A DNA stretch of 64,000 nt from Epithemia pelagica (GCA_946965045.2 OX337231.1:3534001-3598000), one strand, 5' to 3'. Counted from the stretch's first letter, positions 51,324 through 62,951 are shown. Translations and numbers: made by a program. Notes: a model not told the origin generated them from the letters alone.

Positions 51324-52645
51324 CTAGAGGAGTCGGAGATCAAAAAGTGGCTTGACATTAATGGTCAACTCGTCAAATTGGACGGTAATGGTATCGTCGG
51401 TAGCAATCGTATGGGGATACACACCAGCCTTGAAGCAATTGGTTTCTATTGAGTCCCAATACGACAAGTCGTACTCATCAAAAACAGAAACGGCTTGACC
51501 ATCTTTCAAAATGGTCAAGGTACTTTCCGATCCTCGGATTTCCATATCAAATAGACCTGTCGGTCGAACAAAAAGAGGAAAATAATCGACCTCTTTGGGA
51601 TTGAGTGAAACTCGAAAGGCGGCCCAAACATAATCCTCGTTGCCGTCTTTCTCGCGACGCCAATGGATTCGAAGCAAGGGACCTTTTGGGTTCTTTAAAA
51701 AGTCCTTGGTGTAAACGACGTCGTGCCGTCATTTGCTGGCTTCTCAAATTGGAGCTTGGCCGACATGGAACGGATAACAGAGGGAGTGGTACTGGGCCAT
51801 TCTGTATTGTGACGCAATTCACAACGATTCCCTTGTCCCGCCATGGCAATTTGCATCAATTCTTGGTCACTGTCACTGCCCACCAATTGAAAGTATTGCG
51901 TAGCGCAATCCTCAAATTCTCCATTCGATACGACCGCATTGGAGGTCGTAGGGCATTGCAACCGACAACCGGACAAGGCCGATTGGAATTTGACAACATC
52001 GTAAGGTGGGACAAAGGTTGGAGTGGGAGGAGGGGCAACAAACTCGAGTGTGGGCTGCCAGGTCGGGTTATCCGTATTTTCGCTGCTGTAGAATTTGGTC
52101 ACATCTGCTTCACTGAGCGATTGGAGCATAAAGGAGATATCCGTGGCGCTTCCTTGACTTAGTACTTCATTGACGTAGTCGGTTACATCAAAGAACACAA
52201 AGTCACCCCAACTGTAGGGTTTTTCATCCAACAAGACATGAGCCTCCGGTTTGTTGTCCCAGTTCAACGACCCTTGAGACGAGGAGGAATCCGAGACGGA
52301 AAAGACTCCAATGTTGACGTTGCGGTCCTTTTTGGTGTACGGCCTGAGTCGCAATTCGACAAATTCCGCTGGGCCGTCCAGATTGGCGGCGGCAGTGAGG
52401 TCAAATTTGACAAAGCCATACCGAATATCTCCCAAGTCCTGCCTGCTTTTGGTATCAAACCGAGTGAGAGTCCCATACTCTCTGCTCGGTTTGTCTTTGC
52501 GGACGTGTGTATCTTCACTGGCCACCAATTCGAATGGAAAACTGCTGCTAGTGGCATGCACCGTGATAGGTTCATGGCTGATCATGCAGGCCATGATCAC
52601 AGCGACATGGGTCCAACGGAGTAGGGGATAGTAGTCGTGCTTCAT
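51324..52645 (-). pseudogene. Secreted DNRLRE(CBM96-like)+polysaccharide lyase family 7 (alginate lyase-like) gene, frameshifted at ~51726
   Basis: Signal peptide. ASEDTHVR...YGFVKFDL...LNWDNKP...FDVT...FYSSE...PTL fits a DNRLRE-type domain, followed by a Pro linker. RCELRH (cf. RSELRE), then in another frame PLLRIHW and CFKAGVY (cf. YFKAGxY). Confidence 0.75.
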
Positions 52646-53797
52646 GGTTCTTTTACTTGCTTGCTCTCTGTTTGGCTTGAAATATATTATGAAATGCTGC
52701 GAGTGGAAAAATCTCGTGGCAAAGGTCTTTTGCAAGTGGTGTTGGGGTACGATCTTTGATGGTCAAGGATAATCTTGGTTTGCCGGAATCAAGACAACAC
52801 AGGTTTCGGTGTTCATTTAATTAATGGTTGGAGAAGATTTGGAGGACAAGCTCTATTTTGTGAGGGCAGAAGGATGCCCCATGCCCCGACATGGTTGGCC
52901 GGCTCTCCCGTGCGTGTGCGTCACGCGGGGGCTACTCCTTTTTATATAGTAAAGAGAAGGGGCAATACTTTTGTTCGGATGCCGAGAATGAGTCATTGTC
53001 TGATGTCACTGAAACTTTGAAATGTCAAAAGTGACCAATGAGATTGAGCAGAATTGTTGGTGGCCGATGGGCTTGCTTATGTGTGTGTTCAAGGATCAAG
53101 GAATCTATTGTCTCTCCCATCTGACAACCATCCAACCAGTGACTATTGAGTAGCTACTGCAAAAGACCAATTGATGCGGGAGGCAGCCAGCTTGGGTGAC
53201 AGCCCCTCATGATATGCACCTCAGTATAACGAGTTGCACACACATTTCGGAACAAACACCATTCAACGAAACGTATATGATGATGTATTTCCGGCAACCC
53301 GATTGTGTGTAGAGAGATTCGCAAAACTACTACGACTATCGAAACTACCTTGAAGGCGAAGAAGAGAAAAGTCTAATGTAGAAATAATCCACCAAGACGA
53401 ACCAACAACCAAACTGGCGTCCCAATCACACTTACTAGGTAGGTAGGTATTACTTCTTCCGACGGGGAATCCCTCATGACAGAAAACAATCGAGCTGCGC
53501 GGCGGCGGAGCTTTTTCCAGAATGGCTGTGCATGTGTATCTAGGAGCGCTTGTGTTAGCAGAGTAGGCCATTCTCGACAAGTTGGTCAAGGGGGAGTTGT
53601 TGCTACGCAAGGGATCTTTTGACCATGATGATCGACTTTTGCACCTCCATTGAGTTGGAGTGATCAGCTCGCGATCGCGCCGACCCTATCACCGTCCTGC
53701 GAGTCGTTGTGGAAGGAGCGATTCATCCGCAACCAAAAAGGTTTTCGCGGCGGCAACAACACAAGAGAGCATCTCTTGGGTCGGGGTTCAGATCTCG

Positions 53798-55243
53798 GAG
53801 GGGAGTGAAATGACAGACTTTCATGACAGACTTTCATGACAGACTTTCATGACAGACTTTCGGATAAACTTTCAACTTTAGAGGGAATTTCGGCCCAACG
53901 AGATTCACTCTATACATTTTCCCGAAGTAAAAAACTAAGATGAATTGCCCCTCATCCCTCACATGGACCGACCGATCAATGAGATGCTCAATCTCAAGAT
54001 ATGCAAACTATCCTCACACACACCATGGCGAGGAGGCTCTAACACAACAGCAATCAACCCGCCTCCTCTACTTGTATGAACATGACTAATTGAGTGAGAG
54101 CATGTACTAGTTAGCTTTGTACATACTTGTATGTGTCATACTCGTAGGCAATCGTTTCGTCCATCCATCCTCGTTCACCATCCTGTCTTTTGCCTGCATC
54201 GATCCATTTGTCTTTGTCTTTGTTTATTGTTGTTTCACCATCCAGTAAGAGTGTCAAGATTCGATAAGGTGCTCTCGTTTACGGCGTCCACTCCTTCTTA
54301 CACTCGAACTGTGTTATCGGAAGCAGCCGAATGGTGCTGTTGCCATGCCGTCGTCGCCGATTGTTTTGCCGTTGGGCAGAAACGAGGAGTTGATTGTTGA
54401 GTATGTTGTTCTTGTGGTTGTAGCCGCATGTTGTTGTTGTCGCTGTCGTTGTTGTAGCCGCATGTTGTTGTTGTCGCTGTCGTTGTCGACGCTTGCTGTC
54501 ATGTCGCATGTCGTTGCTGCAGTCGCCGCATGTCGTTGTTGCTTCTTGTTGTCATTGACGGGCACAGTCTCGTGCACTGGGTTCGGTGACAGCGAGTAGT
54601 TGATTGTTGCGTGCGGGTTGTTTTTGTTGTTGTTGCCGAGTGTTGTCATTGTTCGTTGTTCGTTGGCAGCGAGTAGTTGGTAGGTGATTGTTTGCTGCTT
54701 CCTTGGCGTGGTTGGTTCCATCACTGTTGGGTCCAAACGAGCAGTCTGATTACGGGAAATCAAGACACTAAAAGGCAATATTCTCTCTATCATGTGTAGA
54801 TATGATGTTGGTTGGGAACATTTTTTTGAATTGTAAATAGAAGATACTACAAAAATAAAAAGTTTTCCCGAATGTCTGTCAAAAAGCTACCTGAAACTCC
54901 GAATGTCTATCAAAAAGCTACCTGAAACTCCGAATGTCTGTCAAACAACTACCCCGAAAGTCTGTCATTTCACTTTTTCAGGCCTGAATAGCGAAATGAC
55001 AGACATTCGGGTAAACATTCGTTTTAGAGTTAGGGTTAAACGGGGTATCCTCGTCATGAATTTGAAGTGGCACTGACGAGACAAGAAGGGCTATAGTAAA
55101 ATGCCATTTTATTTATATGAAGAGTGCATGTGGAAGAGCAACAGTGACATGGAGTGCAACCGGATAGTCTGTCCGTATAGCAGTCAACATTTTGAAAGTT
55201 TATCCGAAAGTCTGTCATGAAAGTCTGTCATTTCACTATTCCC
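53798..55243. mobile_element. Non-autonomous MULE/Mutator-like element (1446 bp), 9-bp TSD CAGATCTCG, repeat-containing TIRs
   Basis: CAGATCTCG at 53789-97 and 55244-52. The TIR core GTGAAATGACAGACTTTCA...CGGATAAACTTTCAA occurs at both ends, 7 nt inside the TSD. The 13-bp TGACAGACTTTCA unit is present x4 on the left and x2 on the right. Confidence 0.88.
54868..54955. repeat. 31-bp tandem repeat (CCGAATGTCTGTCAAAAAGCTACCTGAAACT) ~x3 inside the MULE-like element
   Basis: Read directly; each unit carries the GTCTGTCA TIR core. Confidence 0.9.
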
Positions 55244-55363
55244 CAGATCTCGCTCATGGTTTTCTCGTTTGGAGAGTACCGACAATGGGATTACAGATCA
55301 GACATTAAATTGAGAAGAACTACTTTGAAAAAACACAAAGCCTTTGAAATACTCTAATCAGTC

Positions 55364-55678
55364 ATGTTTTCAAATGGAAACAAGGTACAAGAACAAGATT
55401 GGAACGAGTTTCATGCTCGATATCGATCGTCCTATTGTCAAGAGCCCACCTTGGGTGCTCAAGATCGACGAGAGCGTCGCTTGAAAACAAGACGTTGGTG
55501 GAAATGGGTGTGGGGAATTCCCCTTTCCTATCTCAATATTTTGACCGAAGTCGTGCAACATGCGTCCGAAGAAGACCTGGGACAACAAGAAGAAGAGAAG
55601 GGTGGTGAAACCGAGAACAATCAGGACAACAAGAAGCATGAGACAAAGAACAATCACACCGGTGATAGAAAGAGCTAA
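55364..55678 (+). CDS. Short hypothetical ORF (104 aa)
   Basis: ATG-initiated with a charged tail; no homology evidence. Confidence 0.2.
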   Translation: MFSNGNKVQEQDWNEFHARYRSSYCQEPTLGAQDRRERRLKTRRWWKWVWGIPLSYLNILTEVVQHASEEDLGQQEEEKGGETENNQDNKKHETKNNHTGDRKS

Positions 55679-56011
55679 ATGAATCCATGAACAAACAGAT
55701 TAGTGGAAAATGCACAGTGCGATCCTGTGAGACGATCAAAAAGCCCATTGACTGAAGTGAAATCATTTGCGTGGTATATGATCCAACGCGACTTCCGAAT
55801 GGATGGAGCAGAGAAAAGGAATAGAAATGTCGTCAATCACTGGTGGACTGTGATCGAGGACCGACATGAGAGAAGTAGGAATCGCTATAGAGATATATGA
55901 TATAAATGAGATGTGTAGTTATGAACATTTCTGGATACCAAACTATTTATAGTTGGTTGTGGAGGTCAAGAATATCACCAAAATTGTAGCCGCAATTGCA
56001 GAATCTCTGGA

Positions 56012-57952
56012 CTACCATGCATCAAGACTAGATTGAGTCGTAGTGTCTGTTGCAGAAGAATTCTCATCTTCCTTGTTGTGGAGAGCACTCTTGTTTGTTT
56101 GTTTCGGGGTGTTGTCCATGGCAGTTTTAGTGACAATCGTGGTCTTTGTGATGGCTTTGTCGTTGTCCTTGTTGGTGTCTGCCGTGGCGTCCTGGTTTCC
56201 TACAATGTGCTTGTTCTTGTTGCGATCGCAAGGAAAACAAGATGAGGATGTCTCGACCAAGGAGTCCATTAATGGCACGTTGCGCATCACAGTGACGGCC
56301 ATGCGTTCCATGGTGAGACAATAGCGTTGCCCATTGGTCATGTTGTGGGTGTTGTTGGTCAAGGACGTTTTGCTTTCTTCGGAGGAGGAAAGGGTCGATG
56401 TTTCACTGACGGAACCTGTCGGGTGAAACTTTCCCACCAATGTCTCGGCAGCTTTTTTCTTTCGTCGCGTGCGATCGTAAGGAGAGCGTGGAGGGGGTGG
56501 TGGCAATCGTCGACGAGTCTTGTTATTGTTGTGCTGCGTCGTCGATGTCGAGCTTGGATGCGGAGTGTCGGTCCAAAAAAAGACATTTTGGTGTTGAGTC
56601 TTGGAGGTGCGTTGATCCGGCGAGGTGGATTCAAGATCGGGAGGCGGTGTAACAAAGCAGATTTGAGAAGGACACCGATGATGAAAGGAAGGAGACGAAG
56701 CTTGTTCATACCAAATGGCGCAGTCTGCTCCATCATTGTCTTCATAGGATATTAACCGGATGCTTGTTTCACTCGATACATCATCGAAAACATCATCATC
56801 ATCATCATGATCGCCATCTCCCTCCTTGTCCTTTGTGCCGTATACCGACGGGATAATGTAGAGACCGGCCAGTACTTCTTGCTCTTCCTCCTCCTCCTCT
56901 TGGTCATCCTCCTCATCCGAATCTTGACGCAACACTAAAGAGTCTATATCGTCAACGACACCTTTTGCACGGTCGTCTTCTTCATGTTTCTTGTCCTCTG
57001 CTCTTCTTGTCACTTCATTTTGCTGTGCGTCTCTGGATCGATCTGGACGAATAATATTCCCATCTCGTTTGGGAGAATTGGCTTGTCGCTTGTGCTCGGG
57101 AGAATGGGTTCTTTGCTTTCCAAGATGAAGGACTACTTGAGGATTGTGAACCGTTCGAACCTCTCCATCTTGCTGCCGTTCTTGTTGTTGTTGTTGTTGC
57201 CGTCCACGCGGTCTCGATCGTCCTCGGTGGTTCATCGAGGAATGCTGTTGTTGCTGTTGCTGTTGGTCTTGGTTTTGTTGCTCTGGCTGGTGCTCGGAAT
57301 TTCGTTTTCGTGAGGGAGTTCGTCTCCAGGGCCGCAACCTCATTTTCCACGAGGACATGGTCAAGGCACCACTACTGCTTTTGTTCCAGGCCGATTCCTC
57401 CTCCCTTCTTGTATTGGACGATGGAGCGTCTTGAATCATCCATGCCGTCCAGGAATCGGGTCCAAACGAAGGAAGATGAGACTGATCCTCCTCCTCCTCC
57501 TCCTCGTGATCGGTATCGTTGCTAGAGCTGTGTTGATGCTGCCTTTGCGTAGTAGCCGGCAAGAGTCGTTCCAAAGGACTATTGTGTTTTTCCAAATACG
57601 CATGAATCTCGCTTTGATATTGTCGTTGAAAGGCATGGGATTTGTGATGGTTGTCTCTCTTTGGTGTAGTAGTGCCTCGTGGTGAAGAACCAGACGGAGC
57701 CGTTTGGGAACGAGTCGCATTGGTGACAATAATGGGATTTTGATGGGCTTGTTGTGCGAGCAAGTGTTTTTCCGGACGAACATTGGACCGGCGTTGGGTC
57801 TTGTCATCTTCTTCTTCGTCGTCTTCCGCGTCGTGTTCATTTTCCAAGGTTTGAAAAGGTTGCGACGTTCGGGGCAAGTATCGTCTCCATTTGCCACCAG
57901 GAATCAATGGTCCGGAAGGTCGTTCCGTCATGTGATATTCCGTGCCGACCAT
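56012..57952 (-). CDS. Hypothetical low-complexity protein (~646 aa)
   Basis: Long ORF rich in E/D/Q/T/S. The true start may involve the upstream 57837-58160 ORF. Confidence 0.6.
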   Translation of the reverse strand: MVGTEYHMTERPSGPLIPGGKWRRYLPRTSQPFQTLENEHDAEDDEEEDDKTQRRSNVRPEKHLLAQQAHQNPIIVTNATRSQTAPSGSSPRGTTTPKRDNHHKSHAFQRQYQSEIHAYLEKHNSPLERLLPATTQRQHQHSSSNDTDHEEEEEEDQSHLPSFGPDSWTAWMIQDAPSSNTRREEESAWNKSSSGALTMSSWKMRLRPWRRTPSRKRNSEHQPEQQNQDQQQQQQQHSSMNHRGRSRPRGRQQQQQQERQQDGEVRTVHNPQVVLHLGKQRTHSPEHKRQANSPKRDGNIIRPDRSRDAQQNEVTRRAEDKKHEEDDRAKGVVDDIDSLVLRQDSDEEDDQEEEEEEQEVLAGLYIIPSVYGTKDKEGDGDHDDDDDVFDDVSSETSIRLISYEDNDGADCAIWYEQASSPSFHHRCPSQICFVTPPPDLESTSPDQRTSKTQHQNVFFWTDTPHPSSTSTTQHNNNKTRRRLPPPPPRSPYDRTRRKKKAAETLVGKFHPTGSVSETSTLSSSEESKTSLTNNTHNMTNGQRYCLTMERMAVTVMRNVPLMDSLVETSSSCFPCDRNKNKHIVGNQDATADTNKDNDKAITKTTIVTKTAMDNTPKQTNKSALHNKEDENSSATDTTTQSSLDAW

Positions 57953-59478
57953 GGTGGAAGGAATGTCCGCAAGGATTGACAAGGGGCAATTCTTTCACTT
58001 GGTTCGACTCCGTGGCTGTTGCTTGGCTGTCTTTGTTGTTGTTGTTGAATGATAGTGGATTGGACACTTTCTGCTTTTGTCCTAAAGTTGGGACAGAAAC
58101 CAACAAGGACTGCACGATAGGTTTCTGTTGTTGACAGAGAGATTGGATCACGGACTGCATCTATCTACCTAGTAGTAGGAGCCGTGATGCATGCCAACGA
58201 GTCCCACCGTTCCACGATGTGGATTGCGTTGATATATTACAGTTTGCGGGATGTGTGGTGTTGTGGGACGGCGAGTCCTTCCCCAAAAATGGTGGTCGGC
58301 CGGCGCTCGCCATAAGTGGTCGAGACGCCAGATACCGATTGGGTCTCGGGACTGAGACTGGCAAAAAGTGTACACTCGGAAGAGTGTCTCATTTTTTAGA
58401 GCCCCGAATTTGGCCATGGATCTTGTGGCGACGAGAAGAAGGATGTAGTACATTCCGCTTTGGAAAGAATATTAATCAAAACCTGTTCCCAAGATTGATT
58501 GGATGGTCAACGTCTCGGAGAGCAAAAGAATGCTAGTACTTTCTTGGGGTCTGTGTTGTCGTTTGGGTGTTTTGTCGCTTGTCGCATACCGCATACCCAT
58601 AGGCATGTAAACCAGTGTGGGGAGAGAGGAGAGAAGGGCAACGAATCTTCACAGCAGTGACACCAAAAGCCAGAATCTTGCCCCACGCCGACTCGGAACC
58701 GAGTCTTCAAAGACTTGTGTGTGTGTGTGGTGGAACACATGCATGTGATATACATCTCCTCCGAGGAACGGCTTGTGTCAACCGACCCTGTCAACCTACC
58801 TAGGTAGGTATCCGTAGATGCACATGATGTGTGTCTGTGAGTAGTCGTCCATGATAGCTCCTACGACTTGGACTGGAATGCTACTGGTATCCGACACCAA
58901 ACCTGTGGGAATAGAGAGTGTCCGTTGTGAGGACGATTCGTTGGTTTCATGTGTCAACCAAGGGCTCCTTGTTCCTTGTGCTGGACAAATTGGTGTCTTT
59001 TTGTTTGGAGTGTTCTGTTTATGACTCGACGACTCGTCCAATTCGATGGCATGCGACACACAAGATACACGTGTAGATTTTTGGAACAGAACTGGTGGAA
59101 ATGACAGGTCCATTTTTGTTTTCGTTTCTCTTCTTTCAGACCACTTTCCCTGCTATGAAAGAAACGCCCTCTTTGGAATAGAGCACCATGATCATGATGG
59201 AATCGTCCACACTCTCTCCACAAACGTTCCAAAAACTAGAGGATTAGGAGGAGTACACTACGTAGTGGGGCCAACGTCAATCTATGCGTCAAATCCTCGT
59301 GGCACTCCAAGCTACGAGCCACAGAAACCGTCTGGCCGTCGAATGAAGCTGTTCGCATCCATCACAAATCCAATCAATCCTTTTTCGAATTGCATTCGAA
59401 AACCACCCCGAGATCAATCAAAGGGAAACCATGCAATCATCCACAGGGTATGAATCACAGTCCTCTCGTTCCTGGGAG

Positions 59479-61194
59479 ATGCGTCGAACCAGGATCCAGT
59501 GGTGGACGGTGGTGGGTGTGTTGTGGCTACACTCACTGTCCCTGAGCCATTCGTTCTCTTCCGTGTCGAAGAATTGGCACCGACGACGACGACAAGCCAC
59601 TGGTAGTGTTGTTGCTCAATTGACTGAAACAAAATCACACGGATCGTCCTTCTTCTTCCAGAACCATCATTATCATCACGATAGACTGCTCGTTGGTTTC
59701 CTTCAGAGCCACAAAACGTCGGGTTGGATTGGTCCTCCTCCTCATCATCATCATCGACATCATTCTAGACGACTAGAGCAGCCCAATGAAGTGATGACTC
59801 GCGCGGCGATTCATGTTTCGACAGTGGACGACACCACGGGGAATAATAATCTTCCATCATTATCCTCCAAATTCACAAGTCGAAAAACTGGTTCCTTGTG
59901 GAAAACCAAAACAGCCGTCTTGCAAGATGTGGTACGACGGTTGCGCATCGAACGAGATCAAATGCAAACCCAAATTCGACAACTCGAGGAGGAGACCAAC
60001 CATAACCAGTCTCTTTTGAAGCCGGATGACCATGACCATGACGACACGGTCCAACGGTGGAACTGGTTGCGAACCTGGATTCCCCACTGGAAGGCTCAAC
60101 AGTACAAACAGTGTCAAGAGTGGATTGCCACTAGCAACAAGGCTCTGGAATGGAACACGACATTGGTACAACCCTTGCAAGAGCAGTCTGCGGCACAAGC
60201 CCAAGTCATTCACCACCTGCAACAAGAACTGCTGTTGTTGGAGCAACAAGAAGAACAACAACTACCACACGAGTCGACCGAGGAGGAGAAATCACCCCTC
60301 GTCGAGAATGACGCCCTGGTCCACCATCAAAACGAAATGGCGGCACTCCAACAAAAACGTCGTGAATTGCAACAAGCCGTGGCTCTGCAACTGGAGCAAT
60401 TGGCGCATCAACAACAGCAAGAACAACAACGACAAGAACAAGAAGATCTGTTTCAACAACAGTGGGACTTGGCCCAGCGTCGGCACAAACGCAAATTGCA
60501 ACAACTCGAGGAGGAACTCCACGAATCGCAACAGGCGGCTCGACAAGCGGTCCAAACAGCCGAAGAACGGGAACGATCGGCCATTGCCTCGTGGCAAACG
60601 GCACAACAACAAATCATGTTGCATCAACAAGAATTGCAATCCCTACGACAACAACGACACGAACGTGAACAAGAACGAAAACGAGAGCAGCAGCAACAGG
60701 AACAACAGCAGGACGAACAAGAGCCAGTGCAACAATCCTTCCAAACACCTACAGAGCCAGACGTTGTGGAACCGCAAGCTTTACAAACCGAAACAGTCAC
60801 CGAGTCGCAATCCCTCCATCCACCGTCCCTGTCCAACAGAGGCTCTATGGACGACGACACGCCTGCTTGGTTGTCGGTATATCAACGATTCTTGTATCAA
60901 CGATTGTTTCGTCGACGGTCCAAATTAGTCGCCCAACTCTGTCCCTCCTCGACCTTGTTTGGAACGGGACACTACAATCCCAAAACCGATCGACTCTTTG
61001 CCCTCTTGGCCTTGCTGGCCCTCCAACTGGTTCCACGACCACGCTTGGTGACGCAGTTAATGTCGCTCTCGTGGGAAAAAGACGAAAAAGAAGAAGAACA
61101 GGACGACGACGACATCTCACATGTATGGGTCAATCCAGAGGATGACGACGACGACGAAGAGGAATATCACAATGTTGTTGCGGCGGGCATTTAG
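59479..61194 (+). CDS. Q/E-rich coiled-coil protein with signal+transit-like presequence (paralogue A)
   Basis: Signal ending LSHS-F; long heptad-like Q/E/L stretches. Confidence 0.7.
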   Translation: MRRTRIQWWTVVGVLWLHSLSLSHSFSSVSKNWHRRRRQATGSVVAQLTETKSHGSSFFFQNHHYHHDRLLVGFLQSHKTSGWIGPPPHHHHRHHSRRLEQPNEVMTRAAIHVSTVDDTTGNNNLPSLSSKFTSRKTGSLWKTKTAVLQDVVRRLRIERDQMQTQIRQLEEETNHNQSLLKPDDHDHDDTVQRWNWLRTWIPHWKAQQYKQCQEWIATSNKALEWNTTLVQPLQEQSAAQAQVIHHLQQELLLLEQQEEQQLPHESTEEEKSPLVENDALVHHQNEMAALQQKRRELQQAVALQLEQLAHQQQQEQQRQEQEDLFQQQWDLAQRRHKRKLQQLEEELHESQQAARQAVQTAEERERSAIASWQTAQQQIMLHQQELQSLRQQRHEREQERKREQQQQEQQQDEQEPVQQSFQTPTEPDVVEPQALQTETVTESQSLHPPSLSNRGSMDDDTPAWLSVYQRFLYQRLFRRRSKLVAQLCPSSTLFGTGHYNPKTDRLFALLALLALQLVPRPRLVTQLMSLSWEKDEKEEEQDDDDISHVWVNPEDDDDDEEEYHNVVAAGI

Positions 61195-61865
61195 ACTGGG
61201 GAAACGTCAAACGAAATGTCCAAAAATAAAGGACAGGGAACGTATATATAGGATGGAACAAGGACATTATGAATTCCAGCCAGCTGCTTTAGTACTGTCA
61301 CCATTTGGGAGACAACCTACTCGGAGCATGTCAGGAAACAAAGACACAAGGAATGGCGGACTCATTTCGATTGGACAGACTAAAGCAAGCAAGGGATGTA
61401 GTCCCTATTGTGAGGTTGATGGTCGAGGTTTCCTGAAACACAACTACTTTCCAACCATTCGACTGGTTTCTACTTTACAATATAGAAGAGGAAGGTTTTA
61501 AGAGTCTCGAACAACACACTTTAAAACGGGAACGATAGTTGATCCTACCGGTTACTATATGTAGGTTTCACTCGGTTCCCTATTCCTTTGTCACGGATTC
61601 TCCGGACGAACTATTCCAGATGACAGCGCGTGCATGAGTTGTGTTGCGTTTGATTTGGCTGAGTAATGCGAATGTTTGGTCCTCTACAGGAAACTTTTTC
61701 CCACGGGGCTCTCTCACTCACTGTCTCACGGCCCACGCTGAGTGGGAGAGTTTGAACCCATGATTGGATCGATTGGGAAACCGAAACCAACACAGTGTGT
61801 CTCCCATTGTGTTTTTTTCGTTTCGTGCGATTCGATTGGACCAACCACCACGTCGCTCCTGCTCG

Positions 61866-62951
61866 TCACGGCTGTTGTCGCTGCTCCTTATCATGCTCCT
61901 CGTCCTTTTGTTGTTGTTGTTGTTGTTGCAAGTGTTGCAATTCTTGTTTTTGGTGAAACAATTCCTGTTGGGCGGCATGCCAGGTCGATACCGCTTCCTG
62001 AGCTCGTGAGTGTGCCGTCCGGACCGCGGCCTTGGCAATTTGTTTGGCTTCCGACACTTGGACGCGACGGGCCTGCCACGTTTGCGTATAGTCTCGTTGC
62101 TGTTGCTGCAACCGCTCCTGCCACTGTTGTGGTGGTTGTTGCGGCGTGTCATTGGACTCTTGGTTGGCTGTGGTGGTACGAGAGGCAGAGGCTGCGGCAA
62201 TTTGGGCCGTGGCCTGGTCCATTTGACGCTGCAATTCCAGACACTCTTGCTCCAAGGTTTCACGTTCCAAACGCCATTCCTCTTGTTGTTGTTGTTGTGC
62301 CACAAGAAGCGTCGAATTCTCCTCCTGTCGAATGGACATGGAAGTAGTCGTACTACTGTCTGTGGTGTTGGTTTGGTTCATGGTGCTGTGGACGAGAAGT
62401 AGTGTTTCTTGGAGGTGTGCAATCTTGGCCGCTTGATGTTCAATTTCTTGTTGGAGGGGTTGAACATGTTGCGTTTCCCATTGGGATTGCGCCTCTTGAA
62501 TGTGTGCGTCCCAGGCCAATTTCGTCGACGGTTTGGACAACCATTGTTGGTAATAGGCGTTCTGCCAGTCGGTCCCTGTCGAGTGGGGAACCTCCTCGTC
62601 ATGGTCGTTTGGTTGTTGTTGTTGAAGCTGGTACAAATACTGTCGCAATGCGTCACGTTCGTGTTGCAGGGTTTGGACCATGTCTTGTAAAATGCGTGTC
62701 TTGGCCTGCCAGAGCGAAGAAGAAGACGCATCGAGGTCCTCGGAGGAAGGATTTTGGGTTTCGGTGGACAGTGTACGGCGTGTCCTGCTAGAACGCAACA
62801 ATGAGGAACGACCCGTCCAGTCTCCGATACGCGAGGGGGCCGTAGTCACAGGGAGTGGTGACAAGAAGGAGTGACATGGCTGCAGAATGGTTGTGGTTCT
62901 CAGCAGCGACAGTAGCAGCAACAACCATACCCAATGGATGGAACCCATCAT
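61866..62951 (-). CDS. Q/E-rich coiled-coil protein with signal+transit-like presequence (paralogue B)
   Basis: Signal ending PCHS-F. Shares SLW.(T/A)KT..LQD.V..L..ERD and W..AQQ....(H)Q.QELQ.L.QQ with paralogue A. Confidence 0.7.
   Translation of the reverse strand: MMGSIHWVWLLLLLSLLRTTTILQPCHSFLSPLPVTTAPSRIGDWTGRSSLLRSSRTRRTLSTETQNPSSEDLDASSSSLWQAKTRILQDMVQTLQHERDALRQYLYQLQQQQPNDHDEEVPHSTGTDWQNAYYQQWLSKPSTKLAWDAHIQEAQSQWETQHVQPLQQEIEHQAAKIAHLQETLLLVHSTMNQTNTTDSSTTTSMSIRQEENSTLLVAQQQQQEEWRLERETLEQECLELQRQMDQATAQIAAASASRTTTANQESNDTPQQPPQQWQERLQQQQRDYTQTWQARRVQVSEAKQIAKAAVRTAHSRAQEAVSTWHAAQQELFHQKQELQHLQQQQQQQKDEEHDKEQRQQP

Noticed and set aside
53263-53610. 115-aa minus-strand ORF next to the MULE-like element
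   Set aside because: No motif, no clear start context and no link to neighbouring genes.
53811-53862. 13-bp and 31-bp repeats (also 54868-54955 and 8493-8549) as possible CRISPR-like arrays
   Set aside because: They are directly tandem with no unique spacers, no cas genes are present, the context is eukaryotic, and those at 53.8-55 kb are explained as transposon subterminal repeats.
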